Shown here in pieces: positions 1 to 7,835 of a stretch of 24,932 nucleotides of DNA. The notes beneath the pieces were generated by a model. That model made no database searches and was not told the DNA's origin. It saw nothing but the letters and a program-made list of their open reading frames with translations. Origin of the DNA: an uncultured bacterium (lineage in GTDB: Bacteria; Lernaellota; Lernaellaia; Lernaellales; Lernaellaceae); contig CAZHPN010000081.1 in NCBI GenBank assembly GCA_964534375.1, positions 1-24,932 on the forward strand, written 5' to 3'. Position 1 is the first letter of the stretch. Each line of letters starts with the position of its first letter. Made by a program: the position numbers and the translations under genes.

Positions 1-580
1 GTTTCTCGACGGGCGGTTTCGCGGGCGGCGGCGGGAGCGCGCCGGCGCCGCCCGACGCGACCGCCCAAACGGCGACCATGGACCCCGCCAGATACGCGGC
101 GACGATCCAGGCCTCGACGATCGGGGTCTGGGCGGCCCAGGCGCCAACGGCGACGCCCAGCGCGCCGGGCGCGACGAACAACCCGAGCGGCGCCGAACGG
201 CCGACGGCGGCGCGGATGGCCAGTCCGCCCGCGCCGACATGGAACACGGCGTTGCCCAGCGCCCCGACGACGACGGCCGCCGCCGCATTCAGCGGCAGCA
301 GCAAGACCGCCGCGAAACAGAGGCCGAGACCCGCCAGGGCGCCGTCGCGCAGCCGCCCCAAACGGTCGAGCGCCCACCCGAGCGCCGGTTGGACGGCGAA
401 AGCGAGCAGATCGTAAGCGATGATCAGGCGAAAGAAATCGTCGCGCGGCGTGTGAAAAATCGCGTGGCCGCGAAACAGCACCCAGATCGTCGTCGCGTCG
501 ACCACGCCGTGGACGACGCCCAGCGCGAGCGGCAGCGTTCGCGGCGGCCGGGCCGTCGCCTGAAGGCCGTGGTCGGTCAT
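1..580 (-). CDS. MFS transporter, FSR (fosmidomycin-resistance)-like; partial, runs off the window start
   Basis: Not in the ORF track. Hand translation from ATG at 580: MTDHGLQATARPPRTLPLALGVVHGVVDATTIWVLF...AYDLLAFAVQPALGWALDRLG...GALGNAVFHVGAGG...LGLFVAPGALGVAVG. Several hydrophobic segments; HxxxD, QPxxGxxxDR and GNAxFH motifs typical of FSR-type MFS proteins. Confidence 0.8.
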   Translation of the reverse strand, partial: MTDHGLQATARPPRTLPLALGVVHGVVDATTIWVLFRGHAIFHTPRDDFFRLIIAYDLLAFAVQPALGWALDRLGRLRDGALAGLGLCFAAVLLLPLNAAAAVVVGALGNAVFHVGAGGLAIRAAVGRSAPLGLFVAPGALGVAVGAWAAQTPIVEAWIVAAYLAGSMVAVWAVASGGAGALPPPPAKPPVEK

Positions 581-692
581 CGCCCTTGCGCCATGTGAAA
601 GTTGCCTTCTGTCCGTTGGGTGAGATTCTACGCGGCTTCCGCCGGCGGGGAAATGGTTCTTCTGTGTGCGAATTGCGGCTCGGCGTTGCGCG

Positions 693-781
693 TAGGGCCG
701 CGCCTGAATCCCGACTTGGCCGCGCCTTAGGTAAGATCCCGGCCCTGCCCGACATACAGTTCGCGAACACTGTCATAAATT
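693..781 (+). promoter_or_regulatory. Phased-box promoter cassette, copy 1 (upstream of the beta-barrel genes)
   Basis: Boxes end at 707 (GCGCCTGA), 729 (GCGCCTTA) and 752 (GCCCGA, followed by CATAC). TAAATT at 776-781 lies 21 bp after CCGACA. Confidence 0.7.
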
Positions 782-824
782 GCCGCCGAGCCATTTCTAT
801 CGACCTTGTCGCGAAGGACCAACC

Positions 825-2132
825 ATGAGACGAATGTTGCTCGTCCTGATTTTGATTTTCGCTGCCTTCACGGCGACGGCGCGCGCGTCCTGGGAAATCG
901 AGGCGATGGGCGGTTCCGCGTACAACCTGCCGCTGCCGTTGTCCATCCATCAACACGACGAACCCAATATGGACTTTCTCGCGCGCTACGACGAGCGAAC
1001 GTTCGTCAGCACGCCGTATTACGCCTGGCGGACCGGTTGGTGGTTCGACAACAACCAGGCTATCGAATTCGAACAGATTCACCACAAAATCACGCTGACC
1101 AACCGGGGCGACGCCGGACCGGGCAACATCGAATGGTTCGAAATTTCGCACGGCTGCAACCTGATGTACTTCGACTGGGCGATCAACGTCTGCCCGGCGC
1201 TCGACGCGGCGGGCAACCCGATCTGGTGGCACGATTTCATCGTGCGTTTGGGCGCCGGCCCGGTGATCACGCATCCGGAAGGCGAAGTGCGCCACCGGCG
1301 ATTGCCCAGCGGCTCCGGTTTGCTGCGCATGGGCTACTACCTTTCCGGCGAAACCGTCCAGGTCGCGGTGGAAAAGCGATTTTACCTCTGGAAGAGGCTG
1401 TTCCTGTCCCTGGAAGTCAAAAACACCGATTCCTACGTAACGGTTCCCGTGTGGCACGGCAATGCGGACGTGCCCAATGCGGCCTGGCACGGCTTGCTCG
1501 GCGTCGGCTACGAATTTTTCCGCAAAGACCCCAAGAAGAGCGTCGTCATCCAGGAAAGCACCCCGGCGCGAAACCCCGCGCCGGACAGCATCGCAGGGTT
1601 TCCGCCGCCGGAAACGCCGCCGAAGCCGCCCGTGGCCCTGCTCACCGCCCGCCCCGAGTACGGCATCGGCGGCGCGTTCAACCCGCGTGCGCATTGGGGC
1701 GGCGCGGCGCTCGAACCGTACATCATGCCGACCCCGGATCGCGGGTTTATCGTCTCGCCGTTGCTGACCTTCGGCTGGGGGTCCAGCGGGACGCTCAGCA
1801 GCTACAATTTTTCGCAATACGCGATCGCGGTCGGCCTCGGCTACCAATGGTATTTCGGGGCCGAAAAGGCGACGAGTTTGTATTTGATGGCGCACTTCGG
1901 CGGCGGCCAGATCACGCGGCAAAAATACCTTTCGGGCGGATTCGGGTATGCCGACGCGACGATCGGCTCGTTGCACCGCTGGAAAAACGGCTTCCTGCTC
2001 GGCGGCGCGTTGATCGCGGACGGCCTCTTCGGGCGCCACACGCAATCCAGCGAGATTTTTGGCGGCTCGAACGCCGTCGGCGACCTTGAGATGTGGCGGC
2101 TGGGCGCCGTGCTGGGTTACGCGATCAAGTGA
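825..2132 (+). CDS. Secreted two-domain outer-membrane beta-barrel protein (LpxQ-like N-terminal barrel plus a second barrel-like domain)
   Basis: ATG 825 follows GAAGGA; signal peptide MRRMLLVLILIFAAFTATARA. Domain 1 has PYYAWRTGWW, EQIHHK, FEISHGCN and GAGPVITHPE and ends GVGYEF (nt 1517). A Pro-rich linker leads to domain 2, with alternating aromatic/Gly strands, homologous to CDS 2262-2858. Confidence 0.7.
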   Translation: MRRMLLVLILIFAAFTATARASWEIEAMGGSAYNLPLPLSIHQHDEPNMDFLARYDERTFVSTPYYAWRTGWWFDNNQAIEFEQIHHKITLTNRGDAGPGNIEWFEISHGCNLMYFDWAINVCPALDAAGNPIWWHDFIVRLGAGPVITHPEGEVRHRRLPSGSGLLRMGYYLSGETVQVAVEKRFYLWKRLFLSLEVKNTDSYVTVPVWHGNADVPNAAWHGLLGVGYEFFRKDPKKSVVIQESTPARNPAPDSIAGFPPPETPPKPPVALLTARPEYGIGGAFNPRAHWGGAALEPYIMPTPDRGFIVSPLLTFGWGSSGTLSSYNFSQYAIAVGLGYQWYFGAEKATSLYLMAHFGGGQITRQKYLSGGFGYADATIGSLHRWKNGFLLGGALIADGLFGRHTQSSEIFGGSNAVGDLEMWRLGAVLGYAIK

Positions 2133-2261
2133 TGCGGCGCTGCGCGACGCCGGAAGGGAGCGTCATTATGATAGTGATGCGCCCGGACAGCGTTCCGGAG
2201 CCGGCGGCATGGCGCCGGCGCAGGTGGGTTTGGAACCACGCGCGCGCAGGAGGGAGCCGCG

Positions 2262-2858
2262 ATGAAGCGATTGGCCTTGATCGTTTGGCTGGCGACGGCG
2301 TCAACGCTCGTCATTTCCGCGGGGTCGTCGGCGCAGGATCTTCCGGAAATGCCGCCCTGGTTGCCCGCGACCGTGCTCACGGCCCGCCCGGAGTTCGGCG
2401 TCAGCGGCGCCTTCGGCCCGCGCACGGCGTGGGGCGGCTTGACGCTCGAACCGTGGTTCATGCCGACGCCGGATCGCCAGTTCATCGCGGCGCCAATGGC
2501 GTCGTTCGGCTGGGGCGCGGGCCGTCTTGACGTGTTTTCGCAGTGGGCCGTCGCGATCGGCCTCGGATACCAATGGTATTTCGGCGCCGCGCAAGCGACG
2601 AATGTGTACCTCATGGCGCACGTCGGCGGCGGCCAGATCACCCGACGAGAATTTCCCACCATGCCGTTCGGCTACGGCGACGTGACGCTCGGCTCGCTGC
2701 ACCGCTGGAAAAACGGCTTCGTGTTCGGCGGCGCGTTGATCGCCGACGGCCTCGTCGGACGCACGACGCGCTCGGACAAGATCTTCGGCGGCCCGGCGTG
2801 GCCCGGCTATCTCGAGATGTGGCGGCTCGGTTTGGTTTTCGGTTACGCGGTGCATTGA
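2262..2858 (+). CDS. Putative small outer-membrane beta-barrel protein, paralogue of the C-terminal domain of the upstream gene
   Basis: GGAGGGAG RBS; signal peptide; shares LTARPE, MPTPDR, GLGYQWYFGA, YLMAHxGGGQITR, GSLHRWKNGF, GGALIADGL and LEMWRLG with the upstream protein. Confidence 0.75.
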   Translation: MKRLALIVWLATASTLVISAGSSAQDLPEMPPWLPATVLTARPEFGVSGAFGPRTAWGGLTLEPWFMPTPDRQFIAAPMASFGWGAGRLDVFSQWAVAIGLGYQWYFGAAQATNVYLMAHVGGGQITRREFPTMPFGYGDVTLGSLHRWKNGFVFGGALIADGLVGRTTRSDKIFGGPAWPGYLEMWRLGLVFGYAVH

Positions 2859-2897
2859 CGCGCCCCGGCGCCGCGTCGCGACCATCGCGGCCGTGCG

Positions 2898-2987
2898 TAG
2901 GGCCGCGCCTTAGGCGAAACCCCGCTTGCGCCTTATGCGAAATGTCGGCCTCGCCCGACATACGGACCGCCCATGATTCCTTAGACT
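2898..2987 (+). promoter_or_regulatory. Phased-box promoter cassette, copy 2 (upstream of the response regulator)
   Basis: Boxes end at 2912, 2935 and 2958. Perfect inverted repeat ATGTCGG-N6-CCGACAT at 2942-2961. TAGACT at 2982-2987 lies 21 bp after CCGACA. Confidence 0.7.
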
Positions 2988-3009
2988 CCGGCGTCAACAA
3001 GCTTGCGAC

Positions 3010-3711
3010 TTGTTTCGCGACGGAAACAAGCCGGCGAAAACTCCGGGGGCGGCATTGGGTGGAATCAGGAAAACGCGCGTCTTTCTGGTCGACGACCATC
3101 CGCTCGTGCGCGAGTGGCTCACCAACATGATCAACCAGCAGCCCGACCTGGTCGTTTGCGGCGAGGCCGACGGCGCGCCGCAGGCCCTGGAAGCGATCGG
3201 CGGCGCCAGGCCGCAGGTGGCCATCGTCGATCTTTCGCTGAAAAGCGGCTCCGGTTTGGAGCTGGTCAAGAACCTCAAGCAAACGTGCCCGGACGTCGCG
3301 GTCGTCGTTCTCTCGATGCACGACGAAATGCTCTACGCCGAACGCGTGTTCCGCGCCGGCGCGCGCGGCTACGTCATGAAACGGGAATCGACCTCAAAAG
3401 TGGTCGAGGCGATTCGCAGCGTCGTCAACGGCAAGCGCTTCATCAGCGAGCGCGTCGCCGCGGCGATGGTCGAGAGACTGGTCGAGGGCCCGCCGGACGG
3501 CGCGTCGCCCGTCGCTTCGCTGACCGATCGCGAGTTGGAAGTCTTCGAGCTGCTGGGGCAAGGCAAGGAAACACGCGAAATCGCCGCGATGTTGCACGTC
3601 AGCGTCAAAACCGTGCAAGCGTTTTACGCCCTCATCAAGAGAAAATTGAACGTGGCGACCGAGCGCGAACTGCTGCGCGAAGCCATTCGCTGGCACGAAA
3701 ACCGTTCGTGA
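3010..3711 (+). CDS. NarL/FixJ-family DNA-binding response regulator (REC + LuxR HTH); start uncertain
   Basis: VFLVDDHPLVR, phosphoacceptor IVDLSL, LSMH and GYVMK in the receiver domain; C-terminal LTDRELEVFELLGQGKETREIAAMLHVSVKTV. Confidence 0.93.
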   Translation: MFRDGNKPAKTPGAALGGIRKTRVFLVDDHPLVREWLTNMINQQPDLVVCGEADGAPQALEAIGGARPQVAIVDLSLKSGSGLELVKNLKQTCPDVAVVVLSMHDEMLYAERVFRAGARGYVMKRESTSKVVEAIRSVVNGKRFISERVAAAMVERLVEGPPDGASPVASLTDRELEVFELLGQGKETREIAAMLHVSVKTVQAFYALIKRKLNVATERELLREAIRWHENRS

Positions 3712-3736
3712 CGCCGCGCGCAATCGGCTGGGCGCA

Positions 3737-3848
3737 TAGGGCGGCGCCTTATGTGGTTCGGTGGTCGCGCCCTATGCAAGAATTCGGCCTCGCCCGACGA
3801 GATATTCGGCTCCGCCCGACATACATTTCATAAGTGTTTCTTTAGAAT
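3737..3848 (+). promoter_or_regulatory. Phased-box promoter cassette, copy 3 (upstream of the RND operon)
   Basis: Four boxes end at 3751, 3774, 3797 and 3819. TAGAAT at 3843-3848 lies 21 bp after CCGACA. Confidence 0.7.
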
Positions 3849-4176
3849 TTTTTCCGTGACGGCCGGTTGACGGCGTCGGTTTGCCGAACGAACGAAGCGC
3901 GATGGCAAACATTCGGCGCGCCGGGCGGCACAGGCGAGCCGCCGCCGATCGGGCGCGGGCCGCCGCTTCGCTTCGTTTTTTCGCTCTTTTGCATTGATGA
4001 ATTCTTTGCGCCACGGCGCCCCGTCTTTACGATTTCTTGATCTGCGGAGCGTTACGTTTTTCGTGCGGAGCGGCAGCGGAGCCATCCGCAAGCTTCCGAG
4101 GCGCGTGAAATTTCAAGAAGTGCGGCCGCTTGGCGGCGGGCGGGGCGGCCCGCCGCGCAGGGAAAGGAAGTGTTTG

Positions 4177-5556
4177 ATGAGAAGAACCGGGATCGAGCTC
4201 GCGAGCCTGTTCGCGGCGCCGATGTTGCTGGCGGCGGCGCTGTGCCTCGCGATCCCGGCCGCGTTCGCCGCGGAACCGGCGGCGTCGGCGAACCGCGACG
4301 CTGACGATGCGGTCCCCGCGAGCCTCTCGCTGGCCGAGGCCGAGCGCATTTTTCTCGAACGCGGACTCGATCTGCTGATCGCCGAAAACGGCGTCGAGGG
4401 CGCCCAGGGCGATCTGGCCGCGGCCGGCGCCGTTCCCAATCCGAACCTCGCCGTGACGGCCGACGTCGTGCCCAAACTCAATCGCGACATCCTCTACAAA
4501 AACATCGGCAAGTACATTCCGGCGAACGTCTGGGGGTTGGGCATCGGCTTGAGCGACAACGCCGCCATCGAAGACCAACTCTCGGGCAAGCGTTCGCTGC
4601 GCATCCTGGCAATGTCGAAGGCCTTGGCCGCGGCGCGGCTGAACGTCGAGGACATCAAACGCGTCGAACTGCCGCAACTGCGCGAGGCGTATGTTGCGGC
4701 GGTGATGGCCAAACTCAATCTCGACGCCGCGAAGGAATCCTTCGAAACGTTCGACACGCAGCTCAAGCTGAACCAGATGCGGTACGACCACGGCGCCATC
4801 AACGCGTTGGACCTTTCCCGCGTCCTGCAGGCGCAACTCGAAGCGCTGCAAGCGATCGACCAGGCGCAGGACGGCGTGCAGCAGGCGATGTCCGCGCTGC
4901 TGTTCCTGCTCGGCGTGCGCAGCGGCCTGCCGCAGGTCGCGCTCACCTCCGGCATCGGGTACGCGCCGTCAACGCTGCTCAAAGCCGCCACGATTCAGTC
5001 GCTCCACGAACTGGCGACGAAAAATCGCACGGACGTCAAGATCGCCGTCGCCAACATGGAGCAAGCCGATGCGGCGTTGCGTCAAGCCAAACGGTCGCGC
5101 CTGCCCGACATTCAACTGAATCTGGGGTACTCGGAAATTTGCGAGGGCGCCAACTGTTCGTCCGAGCCGGCGTTCAGCTTCGGCCTGCAAGGAAACCTGC
5201 CGATTTTCTATCAGCAGCACGGCGAAATTCAACGCGCGAGCGCCAATGTTCTGGCCGCCCAACGAACGGTCGAGAAGGCCAAAGCCCAGGTGCTTTCCGA
5301 TGTTGCGCAGGCCTATGCCGGCTTTGACGCGGCCCGCAAGCAAGTCGAGCGGATGGAAAGCAAACTCCTCGAACAGGCCAAGCTGTCGCGCGATCTCGCG
5401 CAGCACATGTACCAGAACGGCGCCGCCTCGCTCATCGACTTCTTCGATGCGCAGCGGCAGTACGTCGCCACGAAGCTCGAATACAACCAGGACCTCGCGA
5501 ACTATTGGTCCGCCGTCTACCAGCTCGAACAAGCCACGGCCACCCCCCTGCGGTGA
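4177..5556 (+). CDS. czcC: TolC/CzcC-family outer-membrane efflux channel
   Basis: ATG 4177 follows GGAAAGGAAG; signal peptide; LSLAEA, PNPNL, RLPDIQL, LPIFYQQHGEIQRA, YQNGAASLIDFFDAQR and LEQATA. First gene of a C-B-A operon. Confidence 0.88.
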   Translation: MRRTGIELASLFAAPMLLAAALCLAIPAAFAAEPAASANRDADDAVPASLSLAEAERIFLERGLDLLIAENGVEGAQGDLAAAGAVPNPNLAVTADVVPKLNRDILYKNIGKYIPANVWGLGIGLSDNAAIEDQLSGKRSLRILAMSKALAAARLNVEDIKRVELPQLREAYVAAVMAKLNLDAAKESFETFDTQLKLNQMRYDHGAINALDLSRVLQAQLEALQAIDQAQDGVQQAMSALLFLLGVRSGLPQVALTSGIGYAPSTLLKAATIQSLHELATKNRTDVKIAVANMEQADAALRQAKRSRLPDIQLNLGYSEICEGANCSSEPAFSFGLQGNLPIFYQQHGEIQRASANVLAAQRTVEKAKAQVLSDVAQAYAGFDAARKQVERMESKLLEQAKLSRDLAQHMYQNGAASLIDFFDAQRQYVATKLEYNQDLANYWSAVYQLEQATATPLR

Positions 5557-5567
5557 GGAGCAACGAC

Positions 5568-7835
5568 ATGACTTTGGCAAGAGCACTGATTCTTCTCATC
5601 CTCGGCGCCTTGCTGGCCGCCTGCGCGGAAAGCGCGGCCAACGCGCCGGACAACGTCCCGCGCGCGGGCCCGGAATGGCGGTACATGCGCGGCTCGGGCT
5701 GGGTGCGCGTCAGGCCGACCGACATCCCGCCCGCCGACGAGGTGTGGCTATCCGAGGCGCAAATGACGAAGGCCGGCATCCGGATCGCCGTGGCCGCCGA
5801 GCAGGACATTCCGCAGGCGATTACGGTCGGCGGGCGCATCGCGTTCAACGATCTTCGCGTCACGCACGTCTTTTCGCCGGTCACGGGCCGCGTGACGCGC
5901 GTGTTTGCGCAGCCGGGGCAGCGACTCAAGAAGGGCGCGCCGTTGCTGGCCATCGCGTCGCCCGATGTCGGCCAGGCGTTCTCCGACGTCGTGAAGGCGC
6001 AGGCGGGTTTGGCGGCCGGGGAAGCCGATTTTCACCGCCAGGAAATTCTGTTCCGGTCCGGCGCCGCGCCGCAACGCGATTTCGAAGGCGCCGAGGACAA
6101 TTACCGCAAGGCGAAGGCGGAATATGACCGCGCGCAGCAACGGGCAGCAGCGCTCAAGTCCGGCTCGCTCGACGCGGTGACGCAGGAATACACGCTTCGC
6201 AGCTTTATCGAGGGCGAGGTCATCGCCCGCATGGCGAATCCGGGCGCCGAGGTGCAGGGCCAATACTCGGGCGGAACCTCCAACGAACTTTTCACGATTG
6301 GCGACATCAAAGAGGTTTGGCTTTTCGCGGACGTGCAGGACACCGACTTGCCGCGCGTCCATGTTGGCGGCGACGCGGAAATCCGCGTCGTCGCGTATCC
6401 GGGCCGGGTTTTCCGCGGGAAAATCGACTGGATCTCGGAGACCGTGGACCCGGTCCTGCGCACCGCGCGGGTTCGTTGCGTGCTGCCCAACGAGAGTGAA
6501 GAGTTGAAACCCGAGATGTTCGCGACCGCGTCGCTCGTGCAGCCGCCGGTGCGCCGGCTTGCCGTGCCCGCCGAGACGGTTGTCCGCATCAACGAGACTT
6601 CGTTCGTCTTCGTCGCGGACGGCAAGCGGCCCGACGGGCGCATGATCTTCAAGCGCCGGGCCGTGGCCCTGGGCCAACGCGAGGGGGATTTGGCGGTGAT
6701 TGCCGGCGGCCTGAACCCCGGCGAACGCGTGGTCACCGAGGGCTCGATCAGCCGCGACCAGCCGAACGACGAGGCGTGGCCGACGCAAGAGCAACTCGAG
6801 GCCGCCGGCATCAAGACGGCCGTGGTCGAGGAGCGCGACGTGGATGACGCGGTGTCGGTCGGCGGTCGCCTGACTTTCGACGACCTGCGCATCAGCCATG
6901 TCTTCTCGCCCGTGAACGGCCGCATCACGAAAGTCTTGGCCAAGCTCGGCCAGCAGGTGGAAAAAGGCACGCCGCTGGCGGCCATCTCGTCGCCCGACGT
7001 GGGCCAGTTCGTTTCGGACGTGGTCAAGGCGAAGGCCGACCTCATCGCGGCCGAGCACGAGCATCAGCGGCAGAAAGATTTGTACGGCTATTCCCCGACC
7101 GCACACGCCGGCACACTGAAAGACCTCGAAGCCGCCGAAAGCGCCTGGCGCAACGCCAAAGCCGAATTCGATCGCGCGCAGCAAAAAGCCCAATTGCTGA
7201 AGGCCGGGTCGGTCGACGATGTCACGCAGGAGTACATCCTGCGCAGCCCGATCGCCGGCGAGGTCGTGGCGCGGGCCGCCAATCCGGGCCTCGAGGTTCA
7301 GGGCCAGTACTCGACCGGCAGCAACGTCGTCGAGCTGTTTACGATCGGCAACGTCGATCGCTTGTTGGTGTTGGGCGACGTCTACGAGATGGACCTGCCG
7401 CACATCGCGAAGGGCGACGACGCGGCGGTCACGGTAGCCGCGTACCCGAATCTGCACTTGCACGGCGTCGTCGATTGGGTGGCGAGCGCACTCGACCCCG
7501 TGCTGCGCACCGCGAAAGTGCGCTGCATCATCGACAACCCAGACCATTTATTGAAGCCGGAAATGTATGAATCGCTGCGCATCTCTGTGCCGGGCAAGCG
7601 AATGCTGGCGATCCCGCGGCAGGCGCTGATGCGCGTCGAAAAGGACACCGTGGTGTTCGTCGCCACCGGCGAGCGCAAGGATGGCGGCGCGGTGGTCTTT
7701 AAGCGCCGCAAGGTCGTCGCGCTGGAAGACCGCCCCGGGGCCATGGTGCCGGTGCTGAACGGGCTCGAACCGGGCGAAACCATCGCCATCGAACACCCGA
7801 TGCTGCTCCTCGGGATGATCGAGGCGCGTTCATGA
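5568..7835 (+). CDS. RND periplasmic adaptor (CzcB-like) lipoprotein containing two complete tandem MFP units
   Basis: GAGGAG RBS; lipobox LAAC. Repeats begin at about 5736 and 6768 (344-aa period). Each has HVFSPVxGR(V/I)T, an alpha-hairpin, LRSxIxGEV, ELFTIG, DPVLRTA, LKPEM, FKRRxV and GLxPGE. Confidence 0.92.
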   Translation: MTLARALILLILGALLAACAESAANAPDNVPRAGPEWRYMRGSGWVRVRPTDIPPADEVWLSEAQMTKAGIRIAVAAEQDIPQAITVGGRIAFNDLRVTHVFSPVTGRVTRVFAQPGQRLKKGAPLLAIASPDVGQAFSDVVKAQAGLAAGEADFHRQEILFRSGAAPQRDFEGAEDNYRKAKAEYDRAQQRAAALKSGSLDAVTQEYTLRSFIEGEVIARMANPGAEVQGQYSGGTSNELFTIGDIKEVWLFADVQDTDLPRVHVGGDAEIRVVAYPGRVFRGKIDWISETVDPVLRTARVRCVLPNESEELKPEMFATASLVQPPVRRLAVPAETVVRINETSFVFVADGKRPDGRMIFKRRAVALGQREGDLAVIAGGLNPGERVVTEGSISRDQPNDEAWPTQEQLEAAGIKTAVVEERDVDDAVSVGGRLTFDDLRISHVFSPVNGRITKVLAKLGQQVEKGTPLAAISSPDVGQFVSDVVKAKADLIAAEHEHQRQKDLYGYSPTAHAGTLKDLEAAESAWRNAKAEFDRAQQKAQLLKAGSVDDVTQEYILRSPIAGEVVARAANPGLEVQGQYSTGSNVVELFTIGNVDRLLVLGDVYEMDLPHIAKGDDAAVTVAAYPNLHLHGVVDWVASALDPVLRTAKVRCIIDNPDHLLKPEMYESLRISVPGKRMLAIPRQALMRVEKDTVVFVATGERKDGGAVVFKRRKVVALEDRPGAMVPVLNGLEPGETIAIEHPMLLLGMIEARS

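Noticed and set aside
693..3848. The 22-23 bp periodic boxes as a mini-CRISPR or iterons
   Set aside because: Units are too short and degenerate, there is no cas or rep gene, and the fixed distance to a -10-like hexamer fits promoters better.
3879..3915. GGCAAAC as a c-di-GMP-I riboswitch core
   Set aside because: The following GNRA-capped stem and GCAAAG/C elements are not present.
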